Shown here: positions 1 to 13,354 of the stretch, in pieces
How the letters are laid out: the number at the start of each line of letters is the position of its first letter
Numbering within the stretch: the stretch's first letter is position 1
DNA from: the human T2T-CHM13v2.0 reference genome, Homo sapiens
DNA length: 64,000 bases
NCBI RefSeq assembly: GCF_009914755.1
Contig: NC_060925.1
Direction: 5' to 3' (one strand)
Notes under the pieces: model-generated
Told to the model about the DNA's origin: nothing
What the model saw: the letters and a program-made list of their open reading frames with translations, nothing else
The model's database searches: none
Program-made: the position numbers and the translations under genes

Positions 1-258
1 TGCATTTAGTAACCTGTGCCATTCAGTCACCTCTCTTCCTTGGGGATTCATCCATGGCTGCACCTTTTTACTTTGTTCCTTCTGCCTCCTTATCCCTCAA
101 ACACGGAGGTTTCAAGACTTTTCTCTTTAAATGCAGAGCTTACTGACTTCTGAATATAAAGGCTCAGGCCATCTCCAGAAAGGAACTAATTGCAGGACAC
201 AACACACAGGATGGCTGTGGGGAAGACAGAGGGTAATGTAGACAGCCTTGATGAACAG

Positions 259-622
259 TGATATGGTTTGGTTGTGTCCCCACTCAAATCTTATCTTGAA
301 TTGTAGTTCCCATAATTCCTAGGTGTTGTGGGAGGGACCCTGTAGGAGGCAATTGAATCATGGGGACAGGTCTTTCCTGTACTGTTCTCATGGTAGTGAA
401 TAAGTTTCGTGAGATCTGATGGTTTTATGAATGGGAGTTCCCCTGCACAAGCTCTTTTGCCTGCTGCCATGTAAGACATGCCTTTGCTCTTCCTTTGTCT
501 TCAGCTGTGATTGTGAGGCCTCCCCAGCCATGTGGAACTGTGAGTGCAGTAAACTGCTTTCCTTTATAAATTACCCAGGCTCGGATATGTCTTTATTAGC
601 AATGTGAGAACTGACTAATACA
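259..622 (+). mobile_element. THE1-family (ERVL-MaLR) solo LTR
   Basis: Begins TGATATGGTTTGG..TGTCCCCAC..AAATCT and ends GACTAATACA; ~364 bp; flanks AACAG / AATGG fit a decayed 5-bp TSD. Confidence 0.93.
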
Positions 623-1163
623 AATGGTCTCGGCTACCATCAAAACAAGAAACTTGATGTCCTGAATCCTTCATCTCCTTCACCTCCTACATCCGCATGA
701 TCACCAAGTTCCACCAGTTCTTCCTTTCTGCTACTTCCTGAACATGACTCTCTCTCCACTTCTGATTCAGGACACCCTTATCTCTCATTTCCCTCACTGC
801 CCAAGTCCCTGGACTGCTGGCTGTTTCTCCACTGGGGTATCACTTCTGTGACCCATCCTGCCCCACTGGCGGCCAATAGGACCTTCCCAAAAGAGAAACC
901 TGACAATGTTCTGCCCCTTCTTAATACTGTTCCATGTTTTCTCATAGCCCTAGAGAATGCCCAGACTTCACTTAAGATGACTAACACCCCCACCTTTAAC
1001 ATCGAAAATGTTCCTAGACACTTCCTCAAACCTCAACCCATGACAGTAGCTGTACTTTTAGTAACTGTCAGTGGGGAAAATGCATAATGCCAACAAATGC
1101 TCTGACTTTTAAATATATTTGAATTTTAAAAATTATTGCAATATTTATTTACATTTTAAAATG

Positions 1164-1195
1164 GTATATATATATGTATATATATATATATATAT
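1164..1195. repeat. (TA)n microsatellite
   Basis: Direct reading. Confidence 0.9.
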
Positions 1196-1439
1196 TTGCA
1201 GCATTTATTCACTCAGTGGAAAAGGCTCAGTGCACATAAGAATTTGAGGAATCCTTGTAAGTAACTTCATGGCCCTATGAAGGTCTTTGGGGGCTTACAA
1301 GTTGGAAATAATTGGCCTAGAACTTAAACTCTAAGCTTCTTATTCCTCCCAGCACTTGTAAAGAGCCTCTGTGAACACTACCCTCCCACATATATTCAAG
1401 CTCCAGCTGTGGAGATATCTTTTTTGTTTCTCCAGAGAG

Positions 1440-1770
1440 CACCAGAAGCTTCCACACCTTCAGAGGGTCTCTGCCCCCATCTTTCTCTCTGGTGAATTCC
1501 TACCCCTTTTTTGAGCCTCAACTCAAATGTCACCTCCTCTGATGAACCCAGCAGTTTAATACTTTTTCTGATAAACCAACAGTTTGCCACTTTTTCATCT
1601 GTAACAAAACTCAACTAGCACCAAAATTAATGTGTTGCAATTATATGTCTATATTTTTTCTCCCTTTAAAAGCTCCTTCTGGAATGATACATTGACCGCT
1701 TCATCATCTTTGTGCCCCATCCACTATGACAGCTTCTGCCATTAGTAGTTGCTTAATAAACATTGAGTCT
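1440..1770 (+). mobile_element. L2 3' fragment
   Basis: CTCAACTCAAATGTCACCTCCTC and a terminal GCTTAATAAACATTG resembling the L2 3' end. Confidence 0.6.
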
Positions 1771-2957
1771 AATGAGCAGATGAAGGAACAACCCCTAGAG
1801 AGATTTGATCTCCCCAGTATAGATGTGCTAATGGGAGAGGGCCAACTGACTGTCCAAAGTAAAGAATGTGTATTTACTTTAATATCATCTTGGGGGAGTA
1901 ACAAATGGTGGGTCCTTCATGCCCACCAGGAGGGTGGGTGGCATGGAGACAGTCTTTTCCAGGGAGACTATCAGAGGTGGATTTCCACTCTGCTTGTGAT
2001 TAGGGAAGGAAGCCCAGCAGATGGCTCCTCCGCTAATGGAGTGCTTAATCTTGTGCTCCCAACTGCTTCAGGATAGAATGAGCATGTGTGGGTAGCCAGC
2101 ACCCTCACTGTCTATGATTCTCATTAGGAAGGAGAAAATCTCCCTTTTGTGGTGGAGATCTAACCTGTGTAGGGTCTAATCTGCTGTCCAATGTCCTAGT
2201 ACTAAGAGGAGATATTTGATGGAGAGAAGAGGCAGCTGATGTCCACTAGATCCGTGGATGAGAGAGCCCCCAGAATGACTGCTATCTCCCCAGCCAGCTG
2301 CCGCACTGCCTGTGTCCCCAAACATTCAACTTCTACCTGGAGGCACCGTCGTGAAGTCTGCTTCTCCCCCTGTGCTCAGAGTTTGTAGACTCAGGAGTCT
2401 TGGAGGTCAAGAAAGTTGAGTTCAAGTTCCAGCTCAACCATTGAAATGCTATGTGATTTAAAATGTTTACATATAAATATAACATTTGTACAAAAGAGTG
2501 GTTAGAATGTGTGCTCATCAAGAAGAATGGAAACCTAAGTTACCATGATTCAACGTAAGAGATGGAATATTGGCAACAACATGTACTCCTCCTGTGTGCC
2601 CCGTGGCAAACCATACTCCATCCTCCAAGAGGTAACCGCTATCCTACATTTTATGTTTGTCATCCTTTTGCTTTTCTTTATAGTTCTCTTATATATAAAC
2701 ACATAAACAAAATATGTTTATGAACTTTATATATGGGCTCCAACCTGTGTATGTTCTTCTGTGACTTGCTTTTTCAATCAACATTACATGTATGAGATTC
2801 ATTCATTTTGATGTGTTCAATAGTTATTCAACCATTTTCACTACTGTATAATATCCCATTATATGTATATGCTGCAATTTTCCTGAAGTTGGATATTTGG
2901 GTTGTTTCTAATTAATGGCTAATATGAATAATACTGCTATGAACATTTAAGTACAAG

Positions 2958-3254
2958 TTTTTGTTTTTGTTGGAGACAGAGTCTCACTCTATTGCCCAGG
3001 CTGGAGTGCAGTGCTACGATCTCGACTCACTGCAACCTCTGCCTCCCAGTTTCAAGTGATCCTCATGCCTTAGTCTATTGAGTAGCTGGGACTACAGGTG
3101 TGCACCACCACATCCTGCTAATTTTTGTATTTTTACTAGAGATGGGGTTTTGCCATGTTGCCCAGGCTGATCTTGAACTCTTTACCTCAAGTGATCTGCC
3201 TGCCTTGGCCTCCCAAAGTCCTGGGATTACAGGTGTGAGTCACCACACCTGGCC
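2958..3254 (-). mobile_element. Alu (AluJb/old AluS)
   Basis: Full dimeric Alu in reverse complement with poly-T at left. Confidence 0.95.
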
Positions 3255-3698
3255 TCTTTTGCTTATTTTTAATTGAATTTTTGTCTTCCCATTATTGAGG
3301 GACAAAAATTCTTTACATATTGTGGATACAGATTCTTTGTCAGATACACGCATGTGACTATTTTCTCTGAGACTCACCTTTTTATTCTTTAAATAGAATC
3401 TTTCAAATATCAAAGTTTTTAATGTTGATGTAGACCAATTTACCAGATTTTTTCTTTATAGATCATGCCTTTTGTGTCCTAAGATATCTTGTCTTCTAAT
3501 ACCTCCTTCAGGTCATGAAGATTTTCTTCGAGAAGTTTTATGGTTTTATGTTTAGGTATAGGATCCTTTTCAAGATAATTTTGTGGGTGGGATAAAGTAA
3601 CAGTCAAGATCCCTTTATTTTTTCCATATGGATATCCAATGTTGCTGGCATCATTTGTTGAAAAGACTACCCTTTTCCTATGGAATGACTTTCATGCC

Positions 3699-4196
3699 TG
3701 TTCCAGGCAGCATAGTGTCCCTGTTTGCCCAATGTTGTCCGTGTCCAAACCTAACATATGAATAAGTTAAATGACATAACAAAGGGGAACTAAGGTTACA
3801 GATGAAACGTGTTGCTGATATCCTGACCTTAAAATAGGGAGTTTATCCTGGAAGGTCTGCATCAACCCAAGGTAATCATAAAGGTCCTTAAAAAATGGAA
3901 GAGGGAAGCAGAAGTTGGTGTAATGCAGTGTGAAAAGGACTTGACCCACCGTCACTGAACTGAAATAGAGGAAGGGGCCATGAGCCAAGGACTGTGGGCA
4001 ACCTCTAGAAGCTGGGAAAGGCAAAGAAACAGATACTCCCCTAGGAGGAACACAGCCTTGCTGACACATTGACTTTGAGTCCTGTGAGACCTGTATTGGA
4101 CTTCTACCTTACAGAACTATAAAATAAAACATTTGTATTGTTTTAAACCACTAAGTTGGTAGTAATTTGTTACAGCAGCAATAGAAAAATAATACA
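3699..4196 (+). mobile_element. MLT1D-like MaLR LTR inserted in L1M
   Basis: TG...AATACA termini and typical MLT1D motifs (GAGCCAAGGA..TCTAGAAGCTGG; AACCACTAAG..GTAATTTGTTACAGCAGCAATAGAAA); L1 sequence resumes on both sides. Confidence 0.85.
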
Positions 4197-6829
4197 GCAC
4201 CTTTGTTAAAAAATCAATTGACCATACCTACGTGGATCTATTTTCATACTGTTCCATTGATCTACCTATTTGCCTGTGTGCCAATGCCACATTGTCTTGT
4301 TACTGTACCTTTAAAAGGAGCCTCATTATAAATCCTTAAATCAGACAGTGTAAGTCCCCTATTTTGTTCTTTTTAAAAACAGTATTTGTTGTTCCAGTCC
4401 CCTTGCAGTTCCATATTAATTTTTGAATCACTTTTCCAACTTCTATTTTTCATTGGGATTACATTGAATGTATGGATTGTTTTGGGAAAAATTGACAGAC
4501 GTCATAACAATATTGTGTTCTGATCCATGAACATGATATATCACTCCATTTTTTAGTTCTTCACTTTTTCTTTTTGTAGTTTTTAGTGTGCAGACCTGTA
4601 ACATGTCATTAAATTTATCCCTAAGTATTTCATGTTTTGTGATGCTACTATAAATGGCATGATTTTCTTATCCCCATTGAATGTTGGTAGTTTTTACAAC
4701 TACAATCTATTTTGTATACTGACCTTACTAAACTCACTTCTTAGTACAAGTGGCTCTTTTGTACACTGCATAGGATTTTCTATTTAGAGATCATATCAAT
4801 TTCAGTTTTTTATCACTTTTTCCTGTCATTTTATGCTGCCTAGGACCTTCAGTACAAAGCTGATTAAAAGTGGTGAGAACAGACATCTTTATCCTGTTCC
4901 GAATTTATGGGGCAAAGCATTTAGTCTTTCACCACTAAGTATGATGCTGTTGGCAGATATTTTTTGTAAACATCTGTTATCATATTAAGAAAGTTTCTTT
5001 TTCTTCCTAGTTTGCTGAGAGATTGTGTCATGAATAGGTCTGAAAATTTTCAAATGCTTTTTCTCTGTCTACTAAGGTAATCACAGTTTTTAAAAAATCT
5101 TTTTATTCTACTAATATGCTAAATTTTGTTGATTAATTTTATATTTTAAACCAATATTGTCTTCCCAATCTTTGTGTAGTTTTGTTATCATGCTAATTCT
5201 GGTCTCATATTATCATTTGGGAAGTGTTTTCTCCATGTCTATTTCTGAAAGATTTTGTATAAAACTGTAGTAGTATTATTTTTCCTTAAATGTCTTCTAG
5301 AACTCATCAGCAAAGCCGTCCACACCATATGTTTTCTTCATGGGAAGGTGTTTAATTAAAAATTCACATTTATTATTTGATATGGACTATTCAGATTCCT
5401 TGTTTCTTTTTAAGTAAGCTGTAGTAGATTTTGTCTTTCAAGAAATTTGTCCATTTATTGCATAAAGTTGTTCATAATATACCCTACAAAATATATCATG
5501 ATGTTCCCTCTTTCGTTCCTGATATTGGTAATTGGTGTCTTCTCTCTATTTCTTGATCAAGCTCACTCACTGTAGGTTTATCAATTAAGTTGTGTTTTTT
5601 TTTCAAAAATGATTTTTTTATTTTATTAACTTTCCCACTTTTATCCATTTCTTTTTTTAAATTAATTCCTGCTCTTTATTACATTTTTCTTTCCACTTAT
5701 TTTGGTCTTAAATGTTCTTCTTTTTCTATCTTCTTAAGGTAGAATCTTAGATAACTGACTTTAGACCTTTCTTCTTTCTTAACATAAGCATATAAAGCTC
5801 TACATTTTCCTCAAAGCATTCCTTTAGCTTCATCCCAGAGATCTGAATATGTCTTGCTTTTGTTTTTATTCAATTCAAAATATTTTCTCATTTACCTTGT
5901 GATTTATTTGTTTGATATGAGTTAGAAGTGTTTGGTTCAATTTCTAAATCTCTAGAGACTTTCCAGGTAGATTTTTGTTATTTCTAATTTAATTCCCTTA
6001 TATTCAGAGAACATACTCTATATGATCTCAATTCTTTTAAATTTGTGAACATTTGTTTCATGATCCAGTATATGGTTTATCTTACATGTTCACTTGAAAA
6101 GAATGTGTAGTCTGTTTTTGTTAGAGGAGGGTTCTATAAATGTCAATTATTTCCAGTTTTTTGATAGATCAAGTACTCTATAACCTTACTGACTTTCCAT
6201 TTGTTGCATCAATTACTTAGAAAGAATCATTGCAATCTCCAACTCTAATCATACATTTGTCTATTTCTCTTCTCTGCTCTATCAGTTATTTCACATATTT
6301 TGAAATTCCGTTGTGTGTACACATTTAAGATTGAGATATCTCTTTGAAGAATGAACCCTTTATTGTTGTAAAAGGAATCTGGTTTTTTTCCTGGTAATTT
6401 TTTTGCATTGAGGCCTACTTTGATATCTGTATAATTACACCAGGATTTCTATAATTAGTGTTTGCATGGTATACCTTTTTCTGCCATTTTACTTTAACTT
6501 ACCTGTGTCTTTATATTTAAAATGTGTTTCTTACAGGCAACACATAGTTGGGCCTTGCTTTATAAATCCAATATGATAATCCCTTTTAATTGGAGTGCTT
6601 AGATTTTTTAATTTACACTTAATGTAATTATCAATATGGTAGGGTTTAAATTTACAACCTTGAAATTTGTTTTCCGTTTGTCCCATCTGTTCTTTATTTC
6701 TTTTTCTTCTTTCCTTGCCTTCTTTTTTTAAGAATTCAATTTTTATTTCCATGTTATCTTATTAACTATACATCTATATTTTAATTTTTTTTAGTGTATG
6801 CCTTGGGATTTACAATATGCTTTTCATAT

Positions 6830-7010
6830 ATTTTTTACAATTTCCAACTTTTATTTTAAGTTCTGGGGTACATGTGCAGGATGTGCAGGTTTGTTACAGA
6901 GGTAAATGTGTGCCATGGTGGTTTGCTGCACAGATCATCCCATCACCCAGGTATTAAGCCCAGCATCCATTAGCTATTCTTCCTGATGGTCTCCCTCCTC
7001 CCAGCCCCCA
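6830..7010 (-). mobile_element. Short L1PA13-16/L1PB 3' end
   Basis: TTTTAAGTTCTGGGGTACATGTGCAGGATGTGCAGGTTTGTTAC is the antisense L1 3'UTR. Confidence 0.85.
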
Positions 7011-7118
7011 CTGTTTTTTAAATTTATTAAGGGTGTTTCAAATAATGTTTAATGTATGACTCTCCCAGTAGTGTTGTAGACTGAATTGGAGCCTATGCCT
7101 TGAAGGGGCTGTTGGTGG

Positions 7119-8037
7119 TGTAAACTAGAAATAAAATCATAAGCCTCCCAACCACGGAAAGGACCTTCTCTTGTTCAAGGGGACCCCAGAGAAACCTTAA
7201 AAACTGAGTTCCTGGCTATGGCGGGAAAGAAGGTCAGACACACCTTGTTATATTCCCTCCCTTTTGTGATGTAGACACAACAACGGACCAGTATTAATGT
7301 TAAAATAGAGATCATAAGACTGACAGAACAGATTCGGTGGCAATAAGATACTGAATTATAAATGGGACCTAAGGCATGCAAGGCAAGGGTTAAATCACAC
7401 ACCCCCTCTACTTAAAGTATAAACTATGTTCTAATTGCCATAAGATTTTTCTTCTTCTGCAGTAGTTAAAAAAGCACTGGATTTGAATTAGGAATATTAA
7501 AACAGTTTGCTGCTCATCTACCACCAGACTTTCACCACCAGTTCCCTGTTCCATGAGCCACGACTACATCTTTGATTGGACAAGAGACTGATTTCAGTAG
7601 CTTTCTCCTGATAAAAGACCACCAAGCAGGGACTAGTTCTGGTGGGTTTACAGAGGCTGCACTTGAGTGCCTTTGTGTCCCTGCTTCACCTTTTGATGTC
7701 CAGGGCCTAACTGTAATACACTGAACTGTTAAGTCTCCACCCCAAGGTGAACACGGGGTCATATGTAACATGCATGTTTATTCAGTACCCATGTGTTAGG
7801 ACCACCTTCATGAATATTCATAGCTCTTCCTATAGCCTGTTGAATATGTATGTTTAGCCAGCCGGTTCATCATAAACCCCTGCTCCACCTTCGCCTCCTT
7901 GGAAATGCCTGTTTCTAGCTTCTGCTGAAGACTATGCTTCCCAGCCTGTGAGGATGGCCACCTTGCAGGCTACAACTCTGTATAAGAAAGGAAGTCTCCC
8001 TTCTAAATGTATAAATTGTGTGATTTTGAAGTTAACA
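7119..8037 (+). mobile_element. MER4-group (MER4D-like) ERV1 solo LTR
   Basis: TGTAAAC..AAATAAAAT start and GTTAACA end; ~920 bp; 4-bp flanks GTGG/GTCG. Confidence 0.8.
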
Positions 8038-8580
8038 GTCGGAATATGGATATGAAAGGACATTCTGGTGATGTCTCTGAAAGAAAAGAGGAGAGCTGTA
8101 GAGAAAGCTTCTGTCGTCTTAGAGAATACATGAATCATCATGAACAGAATGCTGCTAGAAATATAAATATTAAAGGTGCTTCTAGTGAGGTTTCAGACAG
8201 AAATGAGAGACATGTTATTGGAAACTGGAGCAGACTTGTTATAATGTGGCAAAGGATTTGGCTGAATTGTGTTCTGTTGGATGGGAAGTAGAACTTGTAA
8301 GCGCTGAACCTAGATGTTTAACTGAAAAGATTTCTAAGCAAAGTGTTGAGCCCAGTGTCTCCTTGCTGGGAGGAGAGAAAAATAAATTGAGGCAGGAATT
8401 GCTAAGCCAGAAGAAATCAGCAATTAATGATTTAGAGAATTCTCATCCTATCTAAATAGTGTGGTCTGGACAAGGGTGTGACTGGACAACCATTTGCAAA
8501 AGAGATTAGGTATGTGACTCAAGCATCCAATCAACGACCTCAGCAGAAGTCAGATAGAGAGATGTGGTTATCCAGGACAC
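8038..8580 (+). mobile_element. MaLR internal (MLT1/MST-int) fragment, split by the MER4 LTR (also 7085-7118)
   Basis: GAGGTTTCAGACAGAAATGAG..ATGTTATTGGAAACTGGAG..GCAAAGGATTTGGCTGAATTGTGTTC..AGATTTCTAAGCAAAGTGTTGA typical of MaLR-int. Confidence 0.75.
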
Positions 8581-8747
8581 TGCGGGCTCATACCTTGTTT
8601 CATTGCTCTTTGCTTTATTGTGCTTTGCAGATATTACATTTTTTACAAATTGAAGGTTTGTGGCAACCCTGCGTCAAAACAAGTCCATTGGTGCCATTTT
8701 TCCAATAGCATGTGCTTATTTCATGTCTCTAAGCCACATTTTGGTAA

Positions 8748-9054
<307 letters not shown>

Positions 9055-9072
9055 TCTTGCAATGTTTTAAAC

Positions 9073-9075
<3 letters not shown>

Positions 9076-9149
<74 letters not shown>

Positions 9150-9329
9150 GAGAGAGAGAGAAACAGAGAGAGAGAGAGAAACAGAGAGAAAGAAACAGGG
9201 AGAGAGAAACAGAGAGAGAGAAAGAGAGAGAGAAACAGAGAGAGAGAGAGAGAAACAGAGAGAGAGAGAGAAACAGAGAGAGGGAGAGAGAAACAGAGAG
9301 AGAGAGAGAGAAACAGAGAGAGAGAGAGA
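9076..9329. repeat. Compound (GT)18-(GA)n-(AAAC(AG)n) microsatellite
   Basis: Direct reading. Confidence 0.97.
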
Positions 9330-9582
9330 ATCTCACTGTGTCACCCAGGCTGCAGTGGTGTGATCATGGCTCACTGCAGCCTTGACCTCCTAGGGTCAAG
9401 CAGTCCTCCCACCTCAGCCTCCCAAGTAGCTGGGACTACAAGTGCACATCACCATGCCCGGCTAATTTTTGTATTTTTTGTAGAGATGGGGTTTTGCCAT
9501 GTTTTTCAGGCTGATCTCAAACTCCTGAGCTCAAGCAATCCCAAAGTGCTGGGATTATAGGTGTAAGTCACTGTGCCTGGCC
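9330..9582 (-). mobile_element. AluJ
   Basis: J-diagnostic CACTGCAGCCTTGACCTCC; TSD A(A)TGTTTTAAACT 9061-9073 / GATATTTTAAACT 9583-9595. Confidence 0.92.
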
Positions 9583-9712
9583 GATATTTTAAACTTTTAT
9601 TATTATTGTTATTATCATATCTCTATAGTAATCTGTAGTCATTGATCTTCGATGTTACTATTGTAATTATTTTGGGTGTCATGAACTGTGCCTATCTATG
9701 ATATGGCAATTA

Positions 9713-11190
9713 TTTTGATCTTTTTAAAAGTATTTACTTTTGACTTTGCAGATTCTCTTTATCATACATATTCCTAATTTTAATAACTTTGCTCCTATTA
9801 TTTTTTCCTTTTATTACTTATTCCATTGTTATCCATTTCTAATTAAAGTTGGAATAAGCTTAGTTCATTAATTTGCAATTTGCTTTATAAAATAAGGATT
9901 TCTCTCTATAAATTTCCCTATAAGAATCATCTTAGCTTCATCCCACAATTTTATGTATTTCAATATTGTTTAGTTCTAAGTATTTTCTAATTTCCATTAT
10001 ATTCTCCTTTTTAACATAAGAGTTACTTAGATGTGAGATTTTTAATTTTCAAATAAAGTTTTAAGTTATTCATTTGTTACTATCATCTGACTTTTTTGCA
10101 TTATGGTCATTAAACATAGTCTGTGTAATACAAACTACGTGGAATTTGTTTAGCCTTTGTTTAATGTTTCTTATTTACATGGGAAAAATTGTTATTCTCC
10201 AACTGCTGCTACAGAATTCAATTAAATGAAGATTTTAATTTTGTATTCAGATCTTCTATATCTCTACTGACTTTTTTCTTGCTTATGTATTTATTATTGC
10301 ACTGTGAAAATGTTTTACAATCTCCCTTTATGGAGGCAGATTTATCAGTTTCTTTAGTGGTTCTCTGCGTTCTTGTTTTATTTATTTCGAAGCAATATCA
10401 TTATGTGCATGCAAGCTTAGAATCGTTAAATTTTCCTAGTGAATTGAACTTTTATCAATATGTACTAACTCTTCTTATCTCTGGTAATGATTTTTGCTTC
10501 AAAATCTATTTAATCAGACAATAATGATACAGAGGTATCAGCTTTCTTTTGTTTGGTATCTAACTGACACATCTTTTCCCATCTTTACACTATAATATTT
10601 TTGTTTACTTTTGATTACTTTCTGTCTTATATATAGTATAGAAGCGAATTGGCTTTTTAAAATTCTTGTAACCTTTTAATATTAACTGGAGAATTTAGTC
10701 ACTTTATATTTATTGAGATCACTGGTGGATTGGCACTGTATTCTACCATTTTATTTTGTGCTTTCTATTGGTCTTGCCCTTTTATTTTTTCCCACCCTGT
10801 TCTACTTTTTTTGTTTTCTTTTGGATTAATTTTGCTCCTAAACTTATTCATTATCCATCAAATAATATGGAAATTACACATCATGTTTTTGTCCTTTTAG
10901 CATTACCTTAGAAATTGCATTATATATATTTAAAAGAATAAATAAAATGGTTATGCTTTCCACCCAGACAATTGAAGGAATTTAGAACTTTAACTACAAT
11001 TATCCTCTTTTTGACTAAAGGCTGTTGGTGTTCAGTATTTTTTAATATCGCAAATTAGACATTATTATTATTATCATTTGTACAGCCAATATTTATTTGG
11101 ACTTGCGCACATATTAATATGATCCTTTATCAATTCTGGAAAATTCCAAGTTACTCTCTCTTTGAATATTACCACTCCTCCACTCTATCT
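9713..11190 (-). mobile_element. Old L1M/L1ME fragment (ORF2 5' region)
   Basis: Degenerate T-rich antisense L1 sequence. Confidence 0.7.
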
Positions 11191-11979
11191 ATTATGAAGA
11201 CTGGCCAGAGGGCAGGAAAATTCCCCTGGAAATAGGTGCAGTATCTAATATAGGGTCCTCCACCTGGCATCGTATTTCCAGCAGCAGGACAAGAACTTCT
11301 GACTCCAGGAGAGAATCTCAACCTTAGGGTATGGAAAAATGATAGTTAATGGTTAGCTCTAAGTTCAAAGGACAGGGGATAGAGTCAGGCTGGTGGCCAT
11401 ATTAGGCCAATCAAAAGCCTAGTAATCAGAGAGAAGAAGAGATGAGAAACTGTGAGGGTGTTGAAAGAAAAAGCAGCCTGGGCTCCGACTTACAAATTTC
11501 TGTCCCTGCAAGGCTCAGCTGCCCTCGTGCTCCAGGCCTTGCATGTTCACTAGATTGCCCAACCAAAGATAGCCTGAGTGGCTTTCAACTTTTGCAACCA
11601 AGAATCCTGACTAGAATACCTGGGACTTACTCTCTGTATCTGTAAGATGGGCCATCTGCCTAACCAAATTCATAAAGCAAAATGCAATGGTAAGAAACAA
11701 AAGTACAAATGGTAAGTAAGAAAACACCTTCCTAGCCCCAAACAGAGATAGCCTGTCCACAGGAAGTCTTGTCATGGGACATGGCATTAATGGGCAATAG
11801 CATATTTCTTTCCTAAAACAAAGGGAGCTTTCTAGCCTTCCATTGTCCCTTTGAGAGAATTTTCACCTCCTCTCCCACTCTTATATGTTAGCTAACTTTC
11901 TCTCTGTGTAATTATTGCCTGTATCAAGTATTCATATTTTGTGAGACTGTAAGCAAATGGGATTTTGAAAGAGAGCTAA

Positions 11980-12155
11980 CACATATTGAATATCTTACAA
12001 TGTGTGGTCTGCTTTTTATATACATGTCCTCACTTACTCTATCCACATTACAATACAATATGGAATTAACTCAGGCTCAGAGAACTGATATGAATGAGTT
12101 GAACTGAAGCTGGAATTTGAGCCCATGCCAATTTGACCAAAAACTCATCTTCTTT
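11980..12155 (-). mobile_element. MIR
   Basis: AACTCAGGCTCAGAGA..GCTGGAATTTGAGCCC core. Confidence 0.6.
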
Positions 12156-12645
12156 CAATCTTATCACCATCGTAGATGTGAACAATGAGAGCTAACATGA
12201 ACACATCATTAGGGAATGCTCCAGAGGGGATGATGTCAATGGCCTAAAGAATACCACTCACTAGGCCTTAGGGGCTACCTGTAACCCTGGGCCCAAAGTC
12301 ATTATGGGACTCCCTCAGCAGAATACTGAATCAAGTAGGAGGTTTAGAAAGGAAAGGACAGTCTTTTACACTGATCTTGGATAAGGTATCTGAATAAGGA
12401 GAACAGCAGCTTCGGAATACAGTAAGCACTTAATAAATAAATAGTTGATGGGGAGAAGCCAAGATGGCCGAATAGGAACAGCTCCCGTCTACAGCTCCCA
12501 GCGTGAGCGACGCAGAATCCGGGTGATTTCTGCATTTCCATCTGAGGTACCGGGTTCATCTCACTAGGGAGTGCCAGACAGTGGGCGCAGGTCAGTGGGT
12601 GGGCGCACCGTACGCCAGCCGAAGCAGGGCGAGGCATTGCCTCAC

Positions 12646-12900
12646 TCAGGAAGCGCAAGGGGTCAGGGAGTTCCCTTTCCTAGTCAAAGAAAGGGGTGAC
12701 GGAGGGCACCTGGAAAATCGGGTCACTCCCACCCGAATACTGCGCTTTTCCGACGGGCTTAAAAAACGGCGCACCACGAGATTATATCTCGCACCTGGCT
12801 CGGAGGGTCCTATGCCCACAGAGTCTAGCTGATTGCTAGCACAGCAGTCTGAGATCAAACTGCAAGGCGGCAGCGAGGCTGCGGGAGGGGCGCCCACCAT
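12646..12900 (-). CDS. L1 antisense ORF0 homologue (84 aa, ATG intact)
   Basis: MVGAPPAASLPPCSLISDCCASNQ..RRFLSPSEKRSIRVGVTRFSRC within ORF-track 12646..12969 matches primate L1 ORF0; expression unknown. Confidence 0.7.
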   Translation of the reverse strand: MVGAPPAASLPPCSLISDCCASNQLDSVGIGPSEPGARYNLVVRRFLSPSEKRSIRVGVTRFSRCPPSPLSLTRKGNSLTPCAS

Positions 12901-13354
12901 TGCCCAGGCTTGCTTAGGTAAACAAAGCAGCCGGGAAGCTCGAACTGGGTGGAGCCCACCACAGCTCAAGGAGGCCTGCCTGCCTCTGTAGGCTCCACCT
13001 CTGGGGGCAGGGCACAGACAAACAAAAAGACAGCAGTAACCTCTGCAGACTTAAATGTCCCTGTCTGACAGCTTTGAAGAGAGCAGTGGTTCTCCCAGTA
13101 CGCAGCTGGAGATCTGAGAACGGGCAGACTGCCTCCTCAAGTGGGTCCCTGACTCCTGACCCCCGGCAGCCTAACTGGGAGGCACCCCCCAGCAGGGGCA
13201 CACTGACACCTCACACTGCAGGGTACTCCAACAGACCTGCAGCTGAGGGTCCTGTCTGTTAGAAGGAAAACTAACAAACAGAAAGGACACCCACACCAAA
13301 AACCCATCTGTACATCACCATCATCAAAGACCAAAAGTAGATAAAACCACAAAG

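Larger units (their letters stand above)
2580..6830 (-). mobile_element. Old L1M (L1MB/MC-like) LINE, from 3'UTR through ORF2, interrupted by an Alu and an MLT1D LTR
   Basis: T-rich antisense L1 sequence; ORF 6531..6752(-) contains L1 endonuclease N-terminal remnants (TPIKR..PTMCCL). Confidence 0.85.

Noticed and set aside
9067-9385. ER-/SL-repeat ORFs
   Set aside because: Translations of the microsatellite
11200-11217. CTCF-like site TGGCCAGAGGGCAG
   Set aside because: Only a partial match with a poor 5' half; not supportable without ChIP data
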